Below the pieces are notes generated by a model, which was not told the origin of the DNA, did not search any database, and saw only the letters and a list, made by a program, of their open reading frames with translations. A DNA stretch of 18,435 nt from Selaginella moellendorffii. Taxonomy: Eukaryota > Plantae > Lycopodiophyta. The stretch spans positions 1 to 18,435 of the forward strand of contig NW_003314518.1 of the NCBI RefSeq assembly GCF_000143415.4, given 5' to 3'. Shown one piece after another: positions 10,146 through 18,435 of the stretch (the stretch's first letter is position 1; every line of letters begins with the position of its first letter). The position numbers were made by a program, and so were the translations under genes.

Positions 10146-11775
10146 TTGACTGGGAATCCACAGCAGCGTGGCAGTCACTGCCTTCCTGACATTCTCGAGT
10201 TTTCTCAACAAGTGGTACCATCAGACGGTGCTCAAGCCACTTCCACCAGGATCTTTGGCAAGGTGGCTGCTTTTCTCGGAGGCTTCAAGTCTGGAAGACT
10301 GACTACATTGCAAAGTTGAGTGATCTTGTACTTTCTTTCGCTTGTTTAACTTGCGCTTTTTCTTGGTTTCAGGTGCAATCGAGTGGGTTTTACAAGGCGC
10401 GCGTTTCTGTTCTGGCAGCATGCAAATTTGTAAAGACAGCTTTGAGACAGGATGGGAGAGCACTGTTACGCTCATGGGACGAAATTTGTTTGCGGGGTTA
10501 ACTGGAAAGAGCCACTTGAAGCTCCAAGCCCACTGTGAACAATCCCAAAGCTCTCAAGCAGTATGTGCCCCTCATCGTCAACAACATAAAAGCGTGCCTT
10601 GCAAGGTGGTCTATGCAGGATAAGATCGTTCTTCTTACCGAGATGAGAAGGGTAAGCAGTTGTCTTAGTTTTCTTGTTGACACTGGTTTTTTCTGATATG
10701 ACAGTTCACGTTTCTAACTGTCCTCTACATTTTATATGGGAAAGACTCCAGTCTCGACGTGGAAGAGACTCTCCTTGTACTACATTGTCAACCAAGGCAT
10801 TCAGGCTCTCCCCCTGAACTTCCTCGGCACTGCGTACAACAAACCCATATGTGTTGTACATCATAGCTTTGTGACGTTTTCCCATTTTTCAGGCCGAGGC
10901 AAAAGCTCATCAAGCTTATCCAGGACGTGATCAACCAGCGCTTCTGGAAAGCCACAGAAACAAGCATTCTTTCGTTGCTCACGGATCAGCTGGATGACAA
11001 GAAAGAGGCGCTGGAAGACGCTCATATCACAGACATGCTCAACATCTACATGAACGCTGGTCACGACTCAACGGCTCATGTCATCATGTGGCTGGTGATT
11101 TCCTAAGGCAAAAGCCTGATGTGTTTGAGAAAGTGAAGGTAAACCTTTGCAGTTTCATACAAACTTTCCTTCATACAATCTTTCTTTTTTAGGCCGAGCA
11201 AGACAACATTGCTAAAGTCATTTCAGAAGGGGAAATGCTCAACCTTTTATACATCAGAAGGATGCGCTACCTATCTAGTGTCAGTCCATTTTCCCCTGTT
11301 TTTATTCCTGAATTTATTTTTTATTTTTGCAGGTTGTCAATGAAACACTGCGACTTGCAAAAATATCTCCAATGGTCTTTAGAAGAGCCTTGTTAGGCCT
11401 CGAGTTTAATGGTGAGTCTGCTTCTTCTCTCAAGTGATTTTCAAGTGATGTTCAAGTGATTTGGAAGCGTGGCTAAGACAAGTACTTATGGATCCACCCT
11501 GATCCGGAAAAGTTCAATCCAGCTGGGAGGTACGAAATTCCCACCCATGCTCTGTAACTCTGGCTGGGGTTTTTCACTAGAAATATGGAGCATCTCCATT
11601 CACGTTCATACCCTTTGGGATGGGAAATCAAACTTACGAACTTGCCAAGCTTCAAATCTTTATTGTCGTCCATTACTTCGTTATTACAGGTGAAGATCTA
11701 TTATTTGTGCCATTATTCCTTTATCTGGGGTTTGTAGGTGGACTGCCTTGGATCCCAACAGCAAAGTTTCTTACT
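10146..11775 (+). pseudogene. CYP88: Cytochrome P450 CYP88 (ent-kaurenoic acid oxidase-like) pseudogene, about 9 exons
   Basis: FLNKWY..PLPPGSL; SFETGW-ESTVTLMGRN; IVLLTEMRR|FTF; VNQGIQALPLNF; I-helix YMNAGHDSTAH; K-helix VVNETLRLA (11333-11411); PDPEKFNP; FIPFGMGN..ELAKLQIFIVVHYFV (11581-11689); WTALDPNSKVSY. Short GT-AG introns. Many small deletions and frameshifts, heme Cys missing, C-terminus truncated. Start position approximate. Confidence 0.88.
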
Positions 11776-12024
11776 CAACAGGATGAAACTCAAAGACGAG
11801 AAGATACTCAAAGGCAGGCTTGCCAAGTACATTATAGAGGCTGTTTGTAAGTCCCAAATGTTTCTCATCACAGGTCTTTGGAGGACATGCATAGCTTTTA
11901 TGACCATGGACCAAATGTTGAGAACAGCAGCATCATCAAGAAGATATAAACACTTATGTAATTAGCAGTTTGGTGCCATTACATAAACCATTTCTTACAT
12001 CAAGATTATGTAATAGCATTGCAA

Positions 12025-12092
12025 CTAGCAGGGATCCCAGCTCCGCTGGAAAAAAGTAAAGAATGTTTTCAATATGAAAAAATGTAATCATA
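12025..12092 (-). mobile_element. Helitron-type 3' terminus #2
   Basis: Plus strand A|CTAGCAGGGATCCCAGCTCCGCTGG reads as hairpin + CTAG|T on the minus strand. About 65 bp similar to the reverse complement of 9391-9453. Confidence 0.8.
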
Positions 12093-12299
12093 CATACTTT
12101 GGGTTAGAACAACACATTTTCAAAAAAAAAAAATAGAACAATGACTTATGATGATTTTCCCTATAATAAGACTTGGTGGTTCTCCCAGTAATGAGACTTG
12201 GTGGCATCTTAGGTAGCCTTTTCTTTTAGTTTTAAAAAAAAAAAGAAAAGAGAGAGCCATGTTAAAGGAGTGCAATTGAATAGTCATTTACAGCTTTTA

Positions 12300-13400
12300 A
12301 TGCTACAAGTTGGTCACAGAAACTTTGCAGGTGCAAAATGCAGCTTCAGCATTTGCATCCACTCTAGCCGTGTCAAAGAGGGGAAGAAATTATTGGCAAA
12401 GATCCTGGGATTATCCTTTTCTAAAGTTGGTAGTTGACAATTTGTCAGAAAAGAATGGGAGAGTTTCTCTTTGCATTCTCCCCACCACCAGTAAGTCTTT
12501 TAGCAATTCAATGAGCTCTTCATAAGTCTTTGAACTAAGTTGATTAAGAATACCTTCAAAACCAAGAGAAAGAGTATACATCTATAAGTTCAATTACCAG
12601 ATTCTGGCAACCAGCTTTGGACTCTCAAGAATCTAGAAAAAAAAAACTACTCCTGTAAAGGGTCATAGTCTAAACTCCAATCATGAAATTAAGAAGTTCT
12701 TTGATGCAACTTGTCTGATCAGAAAAACATTAGAAGAGGATTTTTATGGCCCAAGCGTTGTCGAAGTTGGGTGGCTCAGAAAGGTTGCACAAGTCACTTA
12801 GTTCTGGAGGTAGATCCTCTTGTTATATGGCACTACAAACACAATGGTCATCTGGATGTTTGTCTTACTCTTTGCATTTTTTTGAACAATGCTTCAAGGT
12901 ACAACTGGAGAAATTTGCTAGAAATGCTCATCTTATACATATTATATGTTATGTAAATCTGTCTATTCTTTAATTCTTTTAAAGGCATTTCGTTCGTTCT
13001 CACTCATCACATACTATTGATGATGGAAGTGAGGCATGGGAGGCCACTATGAAGAGGAAGCTCCAAGACATGTGTCATACTAACCTTCCCTAAGTTGCAT
13101 GAGTAGTTGATGTTTCACATATATCTTAGTATTATCTGGCGCACTGAAACAAAGTGGCATTGACAATGAGGTAGCCAATGAACTTACATGTGACTAAAGT
13201 TGTGTAGACCGGCAAAAAATGGTGAAAGAAATCTATCCAAAAGCTTTTAACTCACGATCCAATCTTAACAGCAATCCAGGTGGCTTGAAGTACTTGTTTG
13301 TTGTGATAACAACTTTCTCAAGCAGAGAATTTGAATTATCTGAGAAGAATCTGAGTAGTCATTTGGCTGGATGGGACAACACATTTGCAGTTGAAAATAA
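12300..13400 (-). pseudogene. Unidentified multi-exon gene relic
   Basis: Spliceable pieces such as FLRVQSWLPES|GILNQLSSKTYEELIELLKDLL (GT-AG intron 12554-12597) and QEDLPPELSDLCNLSEPPNFDNAWAIKIL, with scattered stops. Boundaries approximate. Confidence 0.45.
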
Positions 13401-13444
13401 CAGGAACAAATGTGATTAATTTAACTATGTTCTATGCCTCGTAG

Positions 13445-13783
13445 ATCTTATTAGTGAAGCCCTCTAAAGCAAGGCCAAGGCCTATTCTCTGTGTTGTATT
13501 TATCCTGAAATCCTGACATAAGAACAAAGTCAGATTCCAAAAAATTTTACTGAGTTTGACAGGGCAGCATTGTTTTCTACACGCCTGGGAGTGACCCTCT
13601 CCTTCTCTAAGCCACACATCCACCAGGCTCCCACACAACTTAAGCACCGTGGAGAGGCTTATGGCAAAACCATCACAAACAAACAACTCCAGAACCACCT
13701 CCTTGCCAATCCCAGCATCAGTGACATCTATGACACAGCACTGTGGCAAGCCATCTTGTCAAAGCTGGCTGAGAATCCACCAA
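13445..13783 (+). pseudogene. Unidentified exon relic
   Basis: Polypyrimidine-TAG acceptor, then about 113 codons in one frame with two TAA stops (DLISEAL*SKAKAY...DIYDTALWQAILSKLAENPP). Confidence 0.4.
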
Positions 13784-14049
13784 GTTTCCACATTTCATGT
13801 ACATGTCCTGTTTATCAATTTTTTCTTATACTATATACCATTGGATGCATTAGAATCAATTTTGGCTTGTTGGAAATTGTCTTTACGAATGTTAAAAGTT
13901 GGAATGAACACTACATTACTGAAATCAATGCCATGAACCACTAAAATAGCGACTCATCTTTTAAATCTGCTATGTAAACCTCTGAAAAAAAAACTAAAGA
14001 AACTACCTGATGCAAACACAGAGTGCAGCTTGTTTTGTATCAGCTTAAG

Positions 14050-15725
14050 TTCTTATTCCTCATCATACCACGGGTCTGCTGCTCACACCACTCTGATAAC
14101 CGAGCCCAGTGATCGATCTCTCCAAGAACGTCCTCTTGTTAAATCCATCAAACTCGCAGTTTCCACCTGTGAGTAGAATCATCCCATCCATAACTCGGCT
14201 GACGAGTTAGTTTGGCACTCTCCTCATGGCAATGGATGCCATTTCTCCCACTTCTGCCTGATCTACAGGCTGGAAGAATATCTCTGAATCGTTCCACACC
14301 AAGAACTATTTGGTAGTCCTTCTCAGTAAGAGGCCGTTGTATTACAAACTCTGGCACTATTTCCTGCAGTCCGGGTGGTGGCACTGAAGTATATGAAAGA
14401 TCAATTTCCTGGAAGTAAAGCAGTTAGAAAGGGAAAAGAAAAGTAGTGACGAAAGTGATATACCTTGAGTTTCGAGGTTAGATGACTGAGTTCTGCTTCA
14501 TCTTCATCTACATCTTCATATACACAACTGTTCCTTGAATAAAAGGCTTTCTGCATTTTTGAGCAGAGGGTACTTCTGTGATGCTAGAATGTTACCACTA
14601 TTCACTATCTTTTAACACCTTAATGCTTTCTCCGTTAGCTTTACATATATTACCTCAATCAGTCTAGATCCCAAAAAAGGTTCTTCAAGTATTCCGCCTC
14701 ATTTTCTAAATCAATAAGCTTTGAGGATAGTTTTGCTGCTGCCATTTCTTGAAGCCGATAGCCCTGCTTTTCTCTCAAAGCTGCCAGTTCATACTCCCCA
14801 GGCTGCTCTTTTTCAGGTGGCAGTATCCATGGCAGCTGCCACCATCTCATTTTCACTATTGCCTAGGGAGATTATAACTGATGAAATAAATTGTTACAAC
14901 ATTGACACACCGAACTGCTTACCTAAAATAGTTTTAGCTCTGCAGTATAGTCGACTGTAATGCAGCTATTCTCTGTTTTTCAAAAACCACATATGGTAGT
15001 TATGCTATATTCAATCAAATCGCTATGGACTTACAGATATTGAAGGCACAAAAAGCACTTTAGATAATCAGAGACATGAAAGCCTCCTACCGATTTTCTG
15101 CAGCATACTTCCATAATAGGCTCCTTAATAGATATCTGACACAATACGAGTTTTGAACTTACAACAAAAGCAAAAACTAACAGAGAAACCATCAGTGTAT
15201 TGGTATAATATGAGTTGTAGCAAACAAGTATACCATCAGAATTGCACGTGTGTGTGCATGCATGTGTGTGCGCTCAGAGAGAGAGAGAGATAGAGAGCAC
15301 GCACCTGTCCAGTCGATTACAGTGTCAATCCTTAAGGGTGCGAGAATTGGATTGCTGGCCGCGATGGCGGCAAAATCCAGCACTGCCGGCTTGATCCCCG
15401 CGATCCAATCTTTGGACTGGATCCCCAATCCGTAGGAGATGGCATCGAGGGAATCCCTCATAGAGCTGGATAAATGGAAGCTTGTGACGTCCTCACTGCA
15501 GCAATCATGGCGGGGGAGCGCCACCATCGCCAGCCACCTGTGTGCCGACGCCAGGTTCTTGTGGCACCAGGATCTCTTGGTGCGATGCTCATCACCATCC
15601 CCCAGCGCCATGGAAGATTGATAGGGGAGAGAGAGAGAGAGAGAGAGCTTCAAGAGCATGCGAGAGAGAGCACGCACCTGTCTAGTTGGTTACAGTGTCA
15701 ATCCATAAGGGTGCAAGAATTGATC
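14050..15725 (-). pseudogene. Unidentified multi-exon gene relic
   Basis: GC-rich 5' exon (MALGDG...IDTVIDWT|GTGCGT), followed by exons WWQLPWILPPEKEQ..., CVYEDVDEDEAELSHLTSKLK|EIDLSYTSVPPPGLQEIVPEF (phase-0 GT-AG intron of about 54 bp near 14410-14463). Stops present. Confidence 0.55.
15292..15722. repeat. 58-bp direct duplication (15292-15349 and 15665-15722), each copy beside a (GA)n microsatellite
   Basis: AGAGAGCACGCACCTGTC.AGT.G.TTACAGTGTCAATCC.TAAGGGTGC.AGAATTG occurs twice. (GA)n at about 15276-15297 and 15627-15647. Confidence 0.9.
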
Positions 15726-15889
15726 ACGTCCAAACCACCACAATCAGTACAAATATGAAACCCTCAGATACAAAAAGCCATTATAACTGTTTTTAAGAAA
15801 GTATTACATCTGAACCATCAATTTGACAAATCCAAGGGTAAGAGAATATCTGTCCCCCGATGCCAATAGCACTTTTAAATAAAGAAGTA

Positions 15890-15916
15890 CTAGCAGAGAC
15901 CCCAGCTCCGCTGGGA
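15890..15916 (-). mobile_element. Helitron-type 3' terminus #3
   Basis: Plus strand A|CTAGCAGAGACCCCAGCTCCGCTGGGA, with hairpin CCCAGC-TCC-GCTGGG (15901-15915). Marks the start of the second AT-rich block. Confidence 0.8.
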
Positions 15917-18435
15917 AATATAACATACCCAAGATAAATAGATCTTCTTTTCTAATTTTAGAATGTTAGAAATTTTTATTGTATACAGTGTTGAGATAAA
16001 CATCTCTAGAGTAATACTTTGCTCTAATAATGCAATTAGATAATAATGCATGTGTTAAGGAAGAAAAAATCAATTATTTATCATCATGAAATTTAAATTT
16101 GAGTTTTTTTTATTGCCTTTTCAAAAAGGTGCACAACCCTAAACACATCCACAAGATTGCTGCCAACCTTTAAAAAAAATTGATTTTTCACAAAATCAAA
16201 GAATTATACCAAAGAATAATAGGTTTTATAACTGGTTTGGTGAAGTTATAAATTTAATTGTGTACTGAGTTAACTTCTTTATTACCTGAATTGTAATGAT
16301 GCCTTTAAAATTTATAGTTTACTAAAGAATAATAGAATTTCTATTATGTATCTCGTTTTGCATTTAAAAACATACATAAGCAAATTTATCCAGATTTCTA
16401 CCAATACCAATGGCAATAGAGAATAGTTCTAGACATATTGAGAAATTATAAATTGACCAAACCTAAGAAATGTAGAATAGTTATTTGCAACATAAGAAGA
16501 TAATGTAATTTTTCTATAAAAGTTTTAATTATGCAATACTCTAAAAGAAATATTCAAACTATAGTTATATGGTGAGTGAGAACCACCAAATTCTTTATAC
16601 ATTTTATATACATGAAAGAAAAACTATCTCTTATTTGCTATTACTTGTGCCAAAAGTTTTGTTTTATTTGGGTATGTATAAAGGATCTAAAAAGCTGCTG
16701 GTGCTTCTTTTTTACTTTTTTGCTAGTGTATTGACAGGCTTTTATTTTTATATAATAGATAAATAATATTAAAAGCTAATTGTGCCAATGTAGAAATAAT
16801 ACTTTGCCATGACAAATCATGGAAGATGAGGAAAGATAAAGTAAAATATTAAAGCTTTAGTTTACCATCCACCTGGAGATATAAAATTTTTTAATATTAA
16901 TAATATTATGTATTTCAAAAGAGTAGGAACATCTTTATATTTTATTTCTTGCTTCAAATACCAAATCCATTATCTGGTTCTGAACTAATAACTTTCCACA
17001 AGCCTAATATGAAATTCTTATATTTTAATATTCNNNNNNNNNNNNNNNNNNNNNNNNNNNNNNNNNNNNNNNNNNNNNNNNNNNNNNNNNNNNNNNNNNN
17101 NNNNNNNNNNNNNNNNNNNNNNNNNNNNNNNNNCTGCATTAATATTGAACTCACTAAGTAAGTTACACAAATTGCTACCATGTTTATATTAAACCTCACA
17201 GAAATAGAGAATGGTTCTTGGTATCTAATAAGTATAAAATATCTCATATACATACAAATATGAAATCCATTTCATAGTAATATCTCAAAAAGTATCTACC
17301 TCTTATATATTTTTTATTAATCTTCTTGCTCATAACATTATATAATTTTTCAGCATCTTTACATAGATTTTATCTTTAGTTAAAATACTGACACATATAT
17401 TATATAAATATTTTGTTATTGCTCTGCAATTGTATTATGTCAATCCCTGAGAGTTGTTACCTAAGCATGACTAAAATATCCAGTTTTTTCATAAGGGTAA
17501 CTTAAGTTTAAATGAAATACAGAAGTTAATTGTTTCCAAATAGAGCACAATTATGTGTCATATTTGCAAGATCCTCTGGAAAATATAGAGAATAAATGTT
17601 TTTAAAATATAAAATATTAATACACCTCAAAAACCTTTCCAACCAGAACATGCTTTAGTATTAGATCAAGAATGTGTAATACATTTTGCAACACTAAGAT
17701 TACTATGAAAATTAAATGATGAAGAGAAAATATACTTGTGAAAGAAAAACTTAAAATAAGGAGAAGGAAAACTTGTAGAAATACAATTTTAAAATACTAA
17801 AAAGTCTGGTTTATATGAACTTCTTAGTAAAAGTGATTAGGCTATAATGTAGTAGAATAGCTCTCAATTAAATATCCAGATTGATAGGAATAATGTTGAA
17901 CATAATAAACCATACTTCATTAATATTATAATTAGGTGATATCATGCTTGTAAGCTCTATATGCAAGTTATCATTTCAAACACATTAAAACTTTTTAAAA
18001 CATTAAACAATTTTAGTAAAGATTGTCTCTAGCAAAACATTAAAAATCATATATCACTAAAAATCTTGAAACTTTAATTTTAACAATACCATAATAAATA
18101 ATTATGCATTACTACTTATTATTTATCAAATAATATAAAGAAGGACATGATTACAAACATACTAACATCTAACACATTGATATGTTCATATTAATATTAT
18201 TATCTTTTTATATAGTACAATATTGAATGTTTTATAGTAATTAATATTTATATAATTAAACATGAGGTTATTTTATTTTATATTTAAATTGTTATATCAA
18301 GCCTATCATTTGTAAACAAAATGTTATTAGTGCATTTTATCCTCTGTACTTCGTCATTATCCTATTTTAAAAATTAGAACAATGGAATCTAAAATTTAAA
18401 GAATAGAAAATAAGCATAAATTAAGGTCTAATATA
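15911..18435. other. AT-rich decayed block (copy 2), putative internal sequence of the element ending at 15890
   Basis: Homologous to 5337-5822 in the same orientation. Long frames broken mainly by TAA/TAG/TGA, for example the plus-strand NINTPQKPFQPEHALVLDQECVIHFATLRLL* near 17615-17710. Confidence 0.55.
17034..17133. other. Assembly gap (100 N)
   Basis: Run of N. Confidence 1.

Noticed and set aside
9381-12092. Pack-MULE/TIR element carrying CYP88, using the 65-bp inverted repeats as TIRs
   Set aside because: No TSD at the outer edges. Similarity ends sharply at the inner CTAG|T, and a third unpaired copy exists, which fits Helitron 3' ends better.
12164-12204. Short repeat TAAT.AGACTTGGTGG x2
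   Set aside because: A simple local duplication with no further structure.
15400-15460. SMC-like LDAISYGLGIQS
   Set aside because: The preceding GxNGxGKSN Walker A is absent.
16670-16800. Weak non-LTR RT or transposase resemblance (GMYKGS..LLF; SFLLFC*CIDRLL)
   Set aside because: No YADD or DDE motif, and compatible with chance in AT-rich DNA.
16855-16885. Walker A-like FISPGGW*TKAL on the minus strand (helicase?)
   Set aside because: Needs indels to restore GKT, and no downstream helicase motifs were found.
16949-17253. ORFs spanning the N run
   Set aside because: Artefacts of the assembly gap.

Overview
Eukaryotic, repeat-rich plant DNA with no intact gene. The host is most consistent with a non-seed land plant such as a Selaginella-like lycophyte. 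This is an inference from an ALDH21 fragment, a CYP88/KAO relic, very short (about 45-90 bp) GT-AG introns and a cryptogam-type 5S motif. From left to right: (1) 1-4607 is a three-level LTR-retrotransposon nest. A Cassandra TRIM carrying 5S-rRNA-derived promoter sequence in both LTRs sits just upstream of the PPT and 3' LTR of a second element, which itself interrupts the pol of a decayed minus-strand Ty3/Gypsy element (5' LTR, tRNA-Ala PBS, gag-protease, about 1 kb spacer, RT). (2) 4608-7750 and 15890-18435 are very AT-rich, CpG-poor, mutually homologous blocks that look like decayed coding DNA of unknown origin. (3) 7750-15890 is a mosaic of intron-containing gene pieces: ALDH21, a RING-CH E3 ligase, a near-complete CYP88 pseudogene and several unidentified relics. 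It is punctuated by three copies of a Helitron-type 3' terminus (GC hairpin + CTAG|T) at 9453 (+), 12025 (-) and 15890 (-). The best overall model is a cluster of gene-capturing Helitrons later invaded by LTR elements. There is a 100-N assembly gap at 17034-17133. All protein identifications come from manual translation and motif recognition, not database searches.
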